A stretch of 64,000 nt of DNA from assembly GCA_964035545.1 (NCBI GenBank), contig OZ037773.1, positions 339,751 to 403,750 of the forward strand, read 5' to 3'. Positions 22,963-40,628 of the stretch are shown here, one piece after another (the first letter of the stretch is position 1; the number at the start of each line of letters is the position of its first letter). This DNA is from Bugula neritina. Lineage: Eukaryota; Animalia; Bryozoa. The position numbers and the translations under genes were made by a program. Under the pieces are notes generated by a model. The model was not told the DNA's origin. It did no database searches and saw nothing but the letters and a program-made list of their open reading frames with translations.

Positions 22963-25491
22963 ATACAGTAACAATAGTATAATAATATATACAGTGACAA
23001 TAGTATAATAATATATACAGTGACAATAGTATAATAATATATACAGTAACAATAGTATAATAATATATACAGTAACAATAGTATAATAATATATACAGTA
23101 ACAATAGTATAATAATATATACAGTGACAATAGTATAATAATATATACAGTAACAATAGTATAATAATATATACAGTAACAATAGTATAATAATATATAC
23201 AGTAACAATAGTATAATAATATATACAGTGACAATAGTATAATAATATATACAGTAACAATAGTATAATAATATATACAGTAACAATAGTATAATAATAT
23301 ATACAGTGACAATAGTATAATAATATATACAGTAACAATAGTATAATAATATATACAGTAACAATAGTATAATAATATATACAGTGACAATAATATAATA
23401 ATATATACAGTGACAATAGTATAATAATATATACAGTAACATTAGTATAATAATATATACAGTGACAATAGTATAATAATATATACAGTGACAATAGTAT
23501 AATAATATATACAGTAACAATAGTATAATAATATATACAGTAACAATAGTATAATAATATATACAGTAACAATAGTATAATAATATATACAGTAACAATA
23601 GTATAATAATATATACAGTAACAATAGTATAATAATATATACAGTAACAATAGTATAATAATATATACAGTGACAATAGTATAATAATATATACAGTAAC
23701 AATAGTATAATAATATATACAGTAACAATAGTATAATAATATATACAGTAACAATAGTATAATAATATATACAGTAACAATAGTATAATAATATATACAG
23801 TAACAATAGTATAATAATATATACAGTAACAATAGTATAATAATATATACAGTAACAATAGTATAATAATATATACAGTGACAATAGTATAATAATATAT
23901 ACAGTAACAATAGTATAATAATATATACAGTGACAATAGTATAATAATATATACAGTGACAATAGTATAATAATATATACAGTAACAATAGTATAATAAT
24001 ATATACAGTAACAATAGTATAATAATATATACAATAACAATAGTATAATAATATATACAGTAACAATAGTATAATAATATATACAGTAACAATAGTATAA
24101 TAATATATACAGTAACAATAGTATAATAATATATACAGTAACAATAGTATAATAATATATACAGTGACAATAGTATAATAATATATACAGTAACAATAGT
24201 ATAATAATATATACAGTAACAATAGTATAATAATATATACAGTGACAATAGTATAATAATATATACAGTAACAATAGTATAATAATATATACAGTAACAA
24301 TAGTATAATAATATATACAGTAACAATAGTATAATAATATATACAGTAACAATAGTATAATAATATATACAGTAACAATAGTATAATAATATATACAGTA
24401 ACAATAGTATAATAATATATACAGTAACAATAGTATAATAATATATACAGTGACAATAATATAATAATAAATACAGTAACAATAGTATAATAATATATAC
24501 AGTAACAATAGTATAATAATATATACAGTAACAATAGTATAATAATATATACAGTGACAATAGTATAATAATATATACAGTAACAATAGTATAATAATAT
24601 ATACAGTAACAATAGTATAATAATATATACAGTGACAATAGTATAATAATATATACAGTAACAATAGTATAATAATATATACAGTAACAATAGTATAATA
24701 ATATATACAATAACAATAGTATAATAATATATACAGTAACAATAATATAATAATATATACAGTAACAATAGTATAATAATATATACAGTAACAATAGTAT
24801 AATAATATATACAGTGACAATAGTATAATAATATATACAGTAACAATAATATAATAATATATACAGTAACAATAATATAATAATATATACAGTGACAATA
24901 GTATAATAATACATACAGTGACAATAGTATAATAATATATACAGTGACAATAGTATAATAATATATACAGTAACAATAGTATAATAATATATACAGTAAC
25001 AATAATATAATAATATATACAGTGACAATAGTATAATAATATATACAGTAACAATAGTATAATAATATATACAGTAACAATAGTATAATAATATATACAG
25101 TAACAATAATATAATAATATATACAGTAACAATAATATAATAATATATACAATAACAATAGTATAATAATATATACAGTAACAATAGTATAATAATATAT
25201 ACAGTAACAATAATATAATAATATATACAGTAACAATAGTATAATAATATATACAGTAACAATAGTATAATAATATATACAGTGACAATAGTATAATAAT
25301 ATATACAGTAACAATAGTATAATAATATATACAGTAACAATAGTATAATAATATATACAGTGACAATAGTATAATAATATATACAGTAACAATAGTATAA
25401 TAATATATACAGTAACAATAGTATAATAATATATACAGTGACAATAGTATAATAATATATACAGTGACAATAATATAATAATATATACAGT
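22963..25491. repeat. 26-bp AT-rich satellite, ~97 copies
   Basis: Unit ACAGT(A/G)ACAATAGTATAATAATATAT; the source of the spurious 650-860 aa minus-strand ORFs. Confidence 0.98.
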
Positions 25492-25494
25492 ATA

Positions 25495-25563
25495 CGCCTA
25501 GCGCGCAGCGCCTAGCGCGCTGCCCCTAGCGCGCTGCCCCTAGCGCGCACTAGGGGCAGCGCA

Positions 25564-25633
<70 letters not shown>

Positions 25634-25650
25634 TCTAGATCTAGATCTAG
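25495..25650. repeat. Short GC-rich 14-bp repeat, then (TA)n and (AGATCT)n
   Basis: About 4 units of C(G/C)CCTAGCGCGCTG, related to the 14-mer array at 27031-27718. Confidence 0.85.
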
Positions 25651-26601
25651 ACCAAAGTGACACATATGATCAATTGAGATAGAAAAGTTTCGCTCACCTA
25701 AGGGTTAGGCAAAAGCTCGCCACTCGATCAGGAAATGGCGGAGTAATTGTGAGCAAAGTGCAATCCTTACACTAGGTACGGTATGTATTTTAATCTGTAG
25801 GATGATCTAATGTTGACAAGTGATAGTCAACACAAAACACTCTGGAGCTGGAGCTTAGCCTTGTAGGTCATTATTACAAATCTTTGTTCATAAAATAAAA
25901 TGAAACTGAATTGTCCTTACTTCAGCATTTAGCTTTAAACAAGTTTAAAAAAGTCATCGTTTCAAACTTAAAAAAGTCATTAAATCAACAGCAACAACAT
26001 TGTTTAAAAATATTATATGTACAAAAATTTAAAGCATTCTATAAGCTCGTTGAAAAATGGAAAAAAATTCATTTATTGCATAACTTTAAAAGTCCATACA
26101 TATGATGCATGTAAGATGATGATTTTAACTTCTCCTTAGAAGGTTAGTATTATTGTGTAAGCAGTAGAACTTTAACAATATGCTTACTAATGTAACAATA
26201 CACATTTACTGTAAAACTGTAGGCTAGGGAATATAATATAAAGTTTTCAATAAAGTTGACATGTTGCAATATGAAGTTGCAGCATGCACCTGCATTTTTA
26301 AAGTTTTCATTACGTAAATTAAAATGGCTTTACCTTTTTATTAGTTAAAACCATTTTATTTAAACGAATCTCTATTTGATTGGTTTGTTAGAATTTTTGT
26401 TTATCAATTTCTAAGAACATGTGTTTTATTTTTAACAAGGCCATCAAATGAAATCCTTGGTAATGAAGCATTAGATCAGCATCACCGGTTGTGACAGCTA
26501 ATAGCTACAAAACAACTTGTAACATAAAAGTACATCTGGACAATATTAATTTATTCAACTATTTTATTTATTTTAGTGTTTACTAGATCTGTTGCAACAG
26601 A

Positions 26602-29790
<3,189 letters not shown>

Positions 29791-30555
29791 TTACATGGTG
29801 AGTAAGTTTATGCTAAGAATTTTAAGTTCATCTAATATATTTTGACATGTGTAGTTTTGAATAATTTAAGGAATAACTTAACGCATTCCCTCTAATACAA
29901 TAAGATTGAATCTGCTTGCTAAAATAAGTCTGTCAACGCATTATTTGAAATACCAGACTAATACAATTGCTGAAAGTGCTGAAAATCTCATTTAATCTAC
30001 AATAATTAACATTTTATGGTTAATTGAAATAAATGTTCAAGCATCTTGAAAGCTCTCTTGGTTTTGCCCCAGGATTTGTTTTGCTAATTTTCATGCACCC
30101 TCTTTTTCAATTTCTGCATGTGATTATTTCATGACTAAACATTTCTGAGCGCAATTTGATTTGGCTCAAGTGATTGGTAAATAAATGGGGCAAACTCAAA
30201 TTATTTGACAATGACATTTAACTTTAGAATTTCTTTATATAAATTGATAGGTTTTTAATAAAAATCAATGGTGAGCAAAAAGAAACAAAAAAGAAATTAT
30301 TGTAAATTTGCTGTTTGCTAATCACCGTAAGTTTTTCAGATAAAGTGGAGAATCTATCACAGAAAAAGCCCCAAAACTGGTTTGGCTGTTGCGGGATCCA
30401 GCAGCTGAGACTGAAAGAAGTCCTTTATAAAGCAATGTAGAGAAACAGTTATCAGACCTTCTGATTGAACATACAAACATACTTGTAGAAAGTAACAAAT
30501 AAATCTGCTATTACCATACAAAAAATAACTTGCTTTCTGATTTTTCCAGTTACAA

Positions 30556-30758
30556 ACATACATACATATATACATCTTATCTACATACATATATGATATA
30601 CATATACATATGCATATACATACACACATACACACATACACACACACATACATACTGTACATACATATATGGCATACATATACATACATAAACATACATA
30701 AACATACATTAACATACATATACATACATAAACATACACAAACACACACACACGCAGG

Positions 30759-30800
<42 letters not shown>

Positions 30801-30819
30801 CATACATATATACATACAT

Positions 30820-30854
<35 letters not shown>

Positions 30855-30913
30855 TACACATACATATATACATACATACATACATACATACATACACGCA
30901 CAGGCGCACACAC
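30556..30913. repeat. Compound (CA)n/(CATA)n microsatellite
   Basis: Direct inspection. Confidence 0.95.
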
Positions 30914-30918
30914 GTTAC

Positions 30919-31497
30919 ATTTTTTCTGGCTGGAGCTGTGTGTAATTTAGACTGCATGTTTTTAGGTGTAGCTCTAGGTGGGGCCTTCGCGTTCTTCTCT
31001 ATTTGTTTAGTTATATCAGCCCACTTACCCTTAGGCTTACTCTTCTGGATCATAGGCTTGATGGAAGGATCTAACTTTTCTTTTGTAGTGGGTGAGGGGG
31101 GTAAAAGGCTCTCCCGTGGTTTTGCAAGTTTGGAAGGTTTGCTGAAAGCAGGCAGAGATTGTCTCTTGTCTGAGTTGCCACTCTTTACTTGCAGTAGACT
31201 GGATTTCCTGCATTTAGCTGGAGCTTTGTTTACCCTTTTAGCAGTCACTTTAGATTCTGCCCTCTCATTGACCAAGACAAGCATGGAATGTGTGATAGAG
31301 GTACTGCTAGTAAATTAATACTCTCTTTTATTCTCTATAAACATGGACATAGAGTCATTGACTTCTAAAGATCTTTTCAACTGTTCAGAACTGGTTTGTT
31401 CTGCAAACTCGGTGACTGGGTCTGCCGGGCAGGAAATGCTCTGTAACTGATCTGAGTCATCAGCTGACTTTTTTATAAAACATTCAGTGACTGTAGT
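30919..31497 (-). pseudogene. Truncated host-like exon (Ser/Pro/Lys-rich) fused to a broken Gypsy integrase
   Basis: One frame TVTECFIKK...KREY*FTSS...GKWADITKQIEKNAKAPPRATPKNMQSKLHTAPARKN with an in-frame TAA (31315-31317), ending at donor gtaacg; no retroelement motifs recognised. Confidence 0.45.
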
Positions 31498-34400
31498 ATG
31501 GAGTGTGGTATGCTGCGGTAAGCCCGCATAATTTGTGGCAGTACCACATCCCATTCCTCTTGACCTCAGCCTAGGAGCAAGCTCCTGAGAGCGTCACCCA
31601 ACATCCTGTTGTTCCTTTCCACGACTCTGTTCCCTTGAGGGTGATATGGGGTGGTCCGACTCTGTTTCACACCCCATATCTGGCAGAGATTTCCCATGAG
31701 CTCGGACTAGAACTGGGCGCCCGGGTCCGTATGTATCTGCTCCGGTAGCCCAAAGTAACAAAATACATATTGGTCCGAGGCCCGGGCTACGGTGGGGGCC
31801 GACGCACCTGAAATAGCCAGGGCGTCTGCCCACTGAGTGAAGTGGTTCGTGAGCACCAGTATCCAGGTGTTCCCTCTAGTGGATAACGGCATAGGCTCAA
31901 CCAGGTCTACCGTCACTACTTGCCACGATCGACCAGCGTACAACCGGCGTCGACCAGTGGTTTCCGTGGGGCAGCCATGCTTACTGGCTTGACAGACCTT
32001 GCATTGCCGTACCCGCAGTCGTACGTCTTGAATCATTGCGGGCCAGTACCAACGCAGCTGCAGACACTTGATGACTAGACTAGCTCCAGCATGAGCCTTT
32101 TTATGGGTGTCCCAAATCAGTATGGTCGGAGGGCGTGTGGACAAACAACGCGGTCTCTTTCCTGCTGACAATTGTCTGCTGCTAGCGTTATCATCAGAAG
32201 GCCATCAGGACTGACTTTGAGGGAATCCCAGCGATGACAGAAGAGTTGGAACTTGACGTCTCCTTGCCGCTGCTGTTCCTCGCTAAGTCGTCGGCCCTCT
32301 TTCTTGGCTAGAATATGTCCGCTACCGTGCCGGGTAGCGTCTCCTGGAGTCGGCACAGCTCCTTGACATTTTGATACAGAGTGGGGTTGGCACGAAGCGC
32401 CTGGACGTCGTCTGAGTTAGTTTCAGTTCGAAGATGACTGTGCTCCCACCAATAGACGGGGCCCTTCCGTAACTCTGTCTCCACGTCAAGATGGGCGGGT
32501 CCCCCATTCCGCCTCTCAATTTGCAGGCATTGCTTACAGTCCTCCACCGGCTGACGACTCATGTCGTCGGCATTACCGTGCTTCCGGCCAGCACGATGCT
32601 TTATTTGGTAAGAGAACTTGGCAAGAATCTCCAGCCAACGAGCTACCTGGCTCAAAGGCTCCGAACGCTTACACAGCCATATCAGTGATGCATGGTCTGT
32701 TCATAATCTGAACATTCTCCCATTACAGATATGGCCGGAAGTGCTTGACCACCTTGACTACTGCTAGGAGCTCCTTCATAGTAGTGCAGTAGTTCTTTTC
32801 AGCAGCCGCGAGAGTCTTGCTGTAGTAAGCTACAACCACCTCACTTTCACCCTGGACTTGGGACAGAACAGCTCCCACACTGTGGTCGCTGGCGTCAGTG
32901 TCCAGGATGTACTCCTTGGCTGGATCAAGATACGCCAGAATTGGCGCCTTCATTGCGCCATTGCTTGAGGTGGTCGAATGCCTGCTGCTATTCCTGCGTC
33001 TACTGCTACCGCATCCCTTCTGCGGTCAACCGATTTAACGGCTGAGCCACCCCTGCAAAGCCAGGTATGTACTGCTGGTAATAGCCTACTAGGCCCAGGA
33101 GTGCGCGTAACTCAGGGAGGTTGCGGGAGACAGCCCACTCCTTCACAGCCTGTACCTTTTTCGGGTCGGTAGCAACCCCATCACGGCCAACCACATGGCT
33201 CATGTACGTGACTTCCGGCTGTAGGAGCGCACACTTGGAGGGCTTCAAACAGTCCAGCTGTCCGGGGGCGGTCAAAGACCTCCCACAGACGACTGATATG
33301 AGTCGAAAAGTCTGGGGAGATGACAATGACGTCGCCCAGATAGATTAGGAGGGTCTTCCAGTGTAGCCCACTGAGGACCTGCTCCATGAGTTGTTGGAAA
33401 GTTGCCGAGGCAGACGTAAGTCCAAATGGCAGTACTTTCCTTTTCCAGAGTCCATCATGAGTAAGGAATGCCGCTTTGTCTTAGGCATCAGGACTGAGGG
33501 GTACTTGCCAGTACTCGCTAAGCGGATCCAAAGTACTCAAGTACTTGCTACCTGCGAGGGCATTCAGAGACTCATCTATTCGTGGGAGAGGGTAGGCATC
33601 TTGGATGGTGATGCTGTTGAGTCTGCGGTAGTCCACACAGAACTTCTAGCTACCATCCTTTTTTTTGACCAGTACTGCTGGAGAGCTCCACTCTATGCAC
33701 TGTGGGCAGGCTCAATCAGATCCCAGTCGAGAATATCCTGCACTTGCCGGCTAATCTCCTTCCCCGGGCCTAGACGTCGGGTTGGTTGCCTGAAGGGGGT
33801 GGTGCTGGCTGCCAGGGGTATCTCGTGGGAGATAACCTTGGTCAGCCCCATGTCTCCATTGCCACGACTAAAGACATCACTGTGCTCCGTGAGTAGTTGA
33901 GCCAGTACTTGGCGTTCAGTAGTACCCGTACAGTTACCACAAGCTCCACCTCACAGGTCAGCAATGTGCTCCGGGGCTACTCCTCGACTGGTGCAAGACC
34001 GGTTTTCCTGGGTGTCGGTCACTGTTTTCAGTGCCGGACCTCCATCCGCCTCCTGGATGGAGTGGTACTTCCCCACCAGCGCTCCGGCCGATAATCAGAC
34101 ATGTTTCGTAAAGGACGAGGAGCTCTCTCCGACAGTCTAGCCAATTCAGGCTGTTTGCCAGTCGGATTGCTCCGCGCATTCCCTCCACCACTCTCAGGCC
34201 GGCGATCTCCTTACAGTTGACTCTGCAGCGGAGAGTCACCTGGGATCTCCCTGAGACCGTGCAGTCCCGCACTACCTGGACTTCGCCTACCAAGGGCCTG
34301 CCGAACTTGTCAACACAAACAAGTTCCTTCCCAGCTATCACCACCACCGACTTCTGGAAATCTATATGACACTGGTGTTTTTGTCCAGAAATGGCATCCT

Positions 34401-36529
34401 CAAGATGGCGTCCTCCTTCAGCTGGCTGACTATAAATGTCTCGTGAATCACCTGATCACGGACATGCCCAGGTAGTGTGATGATGTCGTAAAAAGGAATG
34501 CATGATCCGCCCGCCAACATACCATGCGCACCTTCGTACGGCTCCCGGCTCGCCCTCTCTCGGGCGCCAAGGGTGTCAAAGAGACGCCTATTCAGCAGGT
34601 TTTTAGTGTACCTAGTGTTCAATAGCAATGTGGCAGTTTTACCCAAAATCTTTCCGGGCAGGAAGTAGCTGCTTTGGTATGGTTGGGTGCTCCTGAAGCG
34701 GTTAGTCTCTGGGGGAGACTCAACTTGGGTCCGCACAGCGGGCCTTCTCTTCGTCTTAGAGACAACGGGAGTTTTTTGAAGTCGGAAGGGTAGCTTGGGG
34801 TACTCTTGCGAGTAAGCTGAATCTTCCTTCACAACCTCCTCAGGCAACCCTGCGAACCGGTCAATGAGTGGCCATGCATGAGGATTGAGTAGACCTTGAG
34901 GTCTCCGAGATCTCCGAGGTGCCTGCCATCCTGTGTCTTCTGACTCCATCCGAGCCTTGCGTGGCATGGCTGGAGAATTGGGTAGACCTTTTGGTCTCTG
35001 AGTTCTCCGAGGTGCCTGCCACTCAGTATCACCAGACTTTGTAGGGGTCCTCTCAGTCATCCTCTGATCTCTCTCCCGGATAGGGTCATCGGAGGTTACC
35101 ATGAGCGTGTTTAAAGGCAGGCGGCCTTTGGGGCAGTGTCTTCTCATGTGCCCTGGCGCACCACATTCCCAGCAAGTGAGCTGCGAGGGGCAGACACGGT
35201 CGTCCCGTGATCTGAGAGCTCGCCTATCTACCTGGTCTCGTTGCAACTCGGTCACCATAGCCTGCAGGCCCTTCACCATGTCCATTAACGTGGTGAGCTG
35301 CGTTTGCTCCGGTGACTTGGTTGTTGCTGCTGACCCCTGTGGAGCAGAAAGTGTGGCAGTCTCTTCATCTTCTCCGGCCACTTGGCGGGCGATAAATCTT
35401 GCTCTTCAAGGTTCTTCTACTTAAAAGTAGGCCTTACCCATTTCCAAGGCTTCATCCAGACTGCTGACTTTAGCTGCCAGCCAGTAGCGCTGTAAGTTCG
35501 GATCGTTGACGCTGCGGAAGAATGTATTGTACACCAGGCATTTCCTCTCTGCGCTCATGGCTTGGCCAAAAGCAGCCTGGGCTAATCATTCTACCGCGTT
35601 GGCCTGATTCTCTAAAGGCGTTCTCCGATCCTTTCTCATGGCTTGTAGTTGGTCTGAGGCTTCCTCGGCCGTCAGACCAAACTGGGTCCTGAGAGTCCAC
35701 ATGATGTGAGCTTCATCAGGACCAAGAGCAAAACTCTTGGCCCGGCCTGTCAAACAGGCCCGGAGCTGAAGGATGCGCACTGGTGCTGGCCATTCAGCGA
35801 TGATGGCCACATCCTCAAACTTGCGGATGAACTGCTCGACATCTCCTTCCCCTTGAAAATCGGGGGGCTTGAGGCAGTACCTGTCACCAGGTGGCGTCTG
35901 ACCAGTCCCCTGCACTTCTCAGAGGGCTGTCACCAGGGCCTCAATAGTGAGGGCTGGTCTCTCTGGCATGTCAGGGGCTGGTCCTCCTTCTGCCCCTCCA
36001 GCCATCTTGTTCTCCTTGTTGACACTTAGCTATTCAGAATCCCATCACTGCCACCAATGTAGTATCTTTGTGGGTTGAATGAAACTTAAGTGCTGAACAT
36101 AGCTCTTTGTAAGAGAGAACAAGATGGAATGTATTTTTTAGTAGTAGCAATCTTTATTATAGCGTAATAGAGTGGTCTTCAACAGGCAAGCTCTAGTGGC
36201 AGACTGACTACACTGGAAACTCGCCTGCTTTTACATACGCAAGACAAAACAATACATAAACAAAAGGATCTTTTGTTGTCCAAAAATCGGAGGTCTGATT
36301 TCGGGTAACAACATTTATTATAAAATTGTTACATAACTTCAAATGCATATTCAGTGTAGTTACATTATGCTAAAAGCTTTAACAATAATCACAATACTTA
36401 GGCATTAGAAAGCTATCTCGCTTAGTTATAATTACAGCATTCAAAATGACACGCAACAAGTAATTACAATACTGGCGCACACAGTTACTAGAACTTTCCC
36501 CGAACAATAGGGGATGAAAATCCATTACA
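31498..36529 (-). mobile_element. Degenerate Gypsy LTR retrotransposon (5' LTR, gag, PR, RT, RNase H, integrase; 3' end deleted)
   Basis: 5' LTR 36058-36529 (TGTA...TACA); PBS TGGTGGCAGTGATGGGATTC at 36037-36056 (tRNA-Leu 3' end type); gag LKPPDFQGEGDVEQF and knuckle CWECGAPGHMRRHC; RT LIYLGDVIV; RNase H ILDTDASDHSVGAVL; integrase GLPEQIHTDPG...TTPYHPQGNRVVER; many frameshifts and stops. Confidence 0.92.
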
Positions 36530-38042
36530 ATATGTTAGCTATACTGATCTAAATTCCGGCCAATGGTATCTAGTGCCGTCAAATGGCTTGGGTTGCGAAT
36601 GAGTTTTATGTGTAGATGAATTGAAGTTATTTCCACCTGTATGTCTAGAGTCATGACTTATTTGACTTGTTCCATTAAGGTAGCTATCATATGTATTGAC
36701 AACCGAGGAAGTTGTGTCGCGAATCAAAAATTCAGAATGAGTTGCACAATCAGTATTACCATGTAAATCACGTATTGAAAATTTAGAAGAAAAAACATCT
36801 CTGACATTGGTATTTGCTAAGACACATGGCTTTGATGCCAAAGCTCGACTGGATGTATGATTTTCTCGCAGTATCTGTCTATCACTACCGCTTGCTGCGT
36901 TATCTGGATTTGGTGCAAGAGTAGCCTCATGTGTGCTAGGGTGTGATCTAGGAGGGGACAATCGACTCCACGCACCCATAGTCCGTGCTTGACCCACGCC
37001 GCCTGGAGGTGACCTCCACCCATACCGCTCTCCGCAAGACCGGACCGGACCATGGACGAATCAGATTCACGGTGTTCAAAATTCATGCTCTCTGACTGAA
37101 CCCTTAACATAGGAGTAAACTTAGACATGTAATAATCTAAAGATAAAATTACTTTGCCTAGTTCTAATAATAAATCAGAAAAACCTATGGTATCTGCCAA
37201 ACTTTCTGAAAGAGCTACACATTTCCTATAATGTTCAGTGAGAAGAGTATTGTCAGTACAATCGTTAACTGATACATTGCCTTTCTTAATTGTTAAAATA
37301 AGGCTGTGCTTGATTTTATAGAATTTGCTACGCCAAGTATTACAGTCAGAAATAGCTTTGTCATAACTAGCCTTTACAGTTTGATAGTACTCTACTGGAC
37401 TCATCTTATTAACATAAGCAATGTCTTCCATAGACTCATCTGATGAAACGTATTCCAAAAAGTCATAATGGATAGTTAGAAACTCTTTATATGTAGATTC
37501 AAGCTGAGATTGTAGACACTCCACTTGTGTAGAACTGCTACTAGAAATTGCTGATTCTATAAGGATAGCTAGCATTGTTACCTTAGACCTTAGAGTAGTA
37601 CTTTGCTTCTTGAGATTGCCTATGGCCTGTCGGTCCATGTCAGTTTCATTAGTGTTGGTACTGTATCAGGTTTGTGATGGTGTTTGGGTGATTTAGATTG
37701 TGATGTTCTAAATTCTAAAACTATTAGCCAATTTGGCAACAGGTTCTTAAGTTTATTATTGACTATCGAATCGTACCAAAATTGATGCACAGATAAGATT
37801 CTTTGTCATCTCAATGTCAAAACCGGTAGTCTATTCAGAGTGTAAATGTTAGAGTATAAACAAACTGTGTGTACATATAATGTTGTAGCAAATGTAATGA
37901 GCTGTCTGTTGGAAGAGGGAAGTTAATAAATGTTCCTCTGCGGCTGCTTGATTAGAACACACTGATCTGTGCTGTGCTAAAGACAGTGAACTATAGCAAC
38001 AGCAGTGCCAGCTAAGAATAGCTTTCATTGAATGTATTAACA
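36530..38042 (-). mobile_element. BEL/Pao-type LTR retrotransposon 5' remnant (gag), interrupted by the Gypsy insertion
   Basis: ORFs 36817-37638 and 36539-36997 (frameshifted) end in PKPFDGTRYHWPEFRSV, the BEL/Pao gag PxFDG..W.EF motif; possible LTR 37848-38042 (TGTTA...TAACA). Confidence 0.65.
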
Positions 38043-38091
38043 ATATACATGTTATATGTTATATACATGTTATAATATACATATTATATAC

Positions 38092-38233
<142 letters not shown>

Positions 38234-38235
38234 AA

Positions 38236-38282
38236 TCTGTGGATAGCAGCTGTTTCGGGATTTGTCCCCTCATCAGCACAGA
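38236..38282 (-). ncRNA. Minimal type I hammerhead ribozyme (one stem III mismatch), Penelope/retrozyme type
   Basis: Minus strand TCTGTG-CTGATGA-GGGGACAAATCCC-GAAA-CAGCTGCT-ATC-CACAGA: stem I TCTGTG/CACAGA, stem II GGGA/TCCC; abuts (TA)n; hairpin-rich body extends to ~38497. Confidence 0.7.
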
Positions 38283-38666
38283 ACAGAGTACCATGGCCCA
38301 CACCTTCGCAATAGTAAAACTTATAGTTTTACTAAAGCATATTTAAAAGGTGTGTAAACTCAAGCCAGAGTGCTCAAGTGACTCTAGGGGTCACCTAGGA
38401 GTCACGAGCATTGCAAAATGCTAGCAGCTTGAGTTTGTGACCACGGTGAGAGTGCTCAATCATTTAATGTCATTGCTGAGCATTAAATGAGAGCGTAATA
38501 TATATGTATAATATGTATATGTATATATACATATACATATACATATTTACATACATTTTACTTAATTTAGTACGCACTGAAAATCTGTAGTTTTTAGCTA
38601 TTTTTCATAATTCAGCCGCTAATGAACATGGGTTTTTGCCCAAAACTAGTAAAATATCAATAAATA

Positions 38667-38853
38667 CACCTAAATAATCAAGGTTATTTTCAATTTTGCT
38701 TGATTTCACATGCTTTTTTCCTAATTATTCAGCTACTTCTGATTGCGAACCGTTGCGGCTTTTTGTTACCATCCACAATCCAAGTTACCTAAATAAATAG
38801 GGAAAAACATGAGAAATCAAGCAAAATTAAGAAGAACCTTGATTATTTAGGTG
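38667..38853. mobile_element. MITE with ~60-bp imperfect TIRs, flanked by TA
   Basis: TA|CACCTAAATAATCAAGGTT...AACCTTGATTATTTAGGTG|TA. Confidence 0.8.
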
Positions 38854-40628
38854 TATAAAATTCATTTTTAAATTTATTAGTGATGAATAGCTTGGATTCC
38901 TAAAGCCTATAAACTGGACTAGTTTATTATACATGCCTGAATAATTTAGTCTAATCAAGTAGTCATGCTTGCAATAGCTTTACATGCACAGTTTTACTGA
39001 TGAAACAATTTTATTATTGGTTAATAATTAAATATGATAACCTAAACAATGTAGTATAGGATAATGTAATAACCATTATAAGTATTTATTTACCAATTAA
39101 TGATTAATGATGTTACAAGGCAGTAGAATAATTAAAAGCTAGTAGCCACTCTAATTATAGATAAATATAATGTATGTGAAAAATAAAAGAAATGTTTTCA
39201 AGAGAAGTATGACTTTTAGTAACCCAGAATACACGTCTTGTTTACTGTGATAAGATATTGTATAAACTTCAACTATACTTTGCAATTTTAAGTGTTTCAA
39301 GTCTTATATATTTCCATAAAATACTACACAATTGTATATACATTTGCAGTCAAGAAAAAATATTATAGCTTCCAATATAAATGTTAGCCTCAATCATTTA
39401 TGTGCAACTAAGTTATTAGAATTAACTGCTTTAACAAGTTTCTATAAGTTCAACAAAGATAACTTAATAAAAGAATTCCCAGAGGTATTGAAATCCATTG
39501 AAGCCTTAAGCTGGTATAATAAAAGCATATAGGGTATATTATGTAAACAAAGTGAGCATTCAATAAAACTTATTCTACATGTATATCCATACAATATGTT
39601 GTATATTCACTACTTGTGCCTCACTTGGTATAACAATTGACTAGATACACTCGGTTTATTCAGCCACTTCACGATGAGTCAATACAAATGATAAAGAGTT
39701 AACAGCTATAATATTAGCCAGTAAGGATACAGCGCTACTAGTTACATAGTCTAATGTATAGAGCTGTCTTCAAATAGAATGCAGTGCAAGCTGTAAAGCC
39801 ATTCACAGTTGAAAGGTGAAAGTCATATCTATATGTATGTAATAAGCATGGGTTTGTGTTGAACCTGGTAAGTACACAGTATGTGTTTAGTTTGTCTATG
39901 TTTGTGTATATAGGTTAAGAATGGTTGTAGGTTGTGATCAATCAGAGTTGTGTATTTAGTATAACTCAGCTTAAATAAGGTTCAACTCCAACTGGTTACA
40001 AGTTACAAAGCTTACATAGTATGTACAAAGTAATACCTCTCTAATAAAATATAGACTATGTGAGCTTCAAACTAAATTTTAAAATAGTCTTCTGTGTCTG
40101 TTTATGCCCTTAATATAGTTTTACTAAATTTTGCTTTTAACAATTTCTTCATCTGTTATGTTCACAAAAATATTTAGCTTTATACCATTTTAATCAAGAA
40201 AATACGGTGTCTATATACCCCCAGAACTACTCCTTCTCTAAGTGTGTTATATTGGCAGAATCTTAATACTCTGGTGGCTTAATTTTAAATTCTTGGTGAT
40301 CACCTGGATAGATTTAGTGCGAACATTTAGTAGTTGCAATTGTTTTAAAGAAACCTATGCCCAACTTTGGGAAATTGAACATATTGTTTGCTTGAATGAA
40401 AATAATACAGCTGTGCCTTTGTTATTGATTTGCTACTAAATCATTACACCTTGCTTAACATAATAATCAGTAGACTTTTAAATTAAGATTTGTTATTCAG
40501 CTGCTTGAAGCTATAATTTCTAGTTGCAATGGTACTCATAGCTGATACACTACTGAAGCTGTTTTCCTGGCCCAGTTGCAAGGAAGCGGAGTAATTTATT
40601 TGTGAAACAAGAGCAAAGTTTAGAGTAA

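Noticed and set aside
22859-25470. 650-860 aa Y/I/L/C-rich ORFs
   Set aside because: Translations of a stop-free 26-bp satellite strand, open in all three frames.
25690-25735. Third hammerhead on the minus strand (CTGATCGAG...GAGCGAAAC)
   Set aside because: Core spacing is wrong and stems I/III cannot be formed convincingly; at best a decayed remnant.
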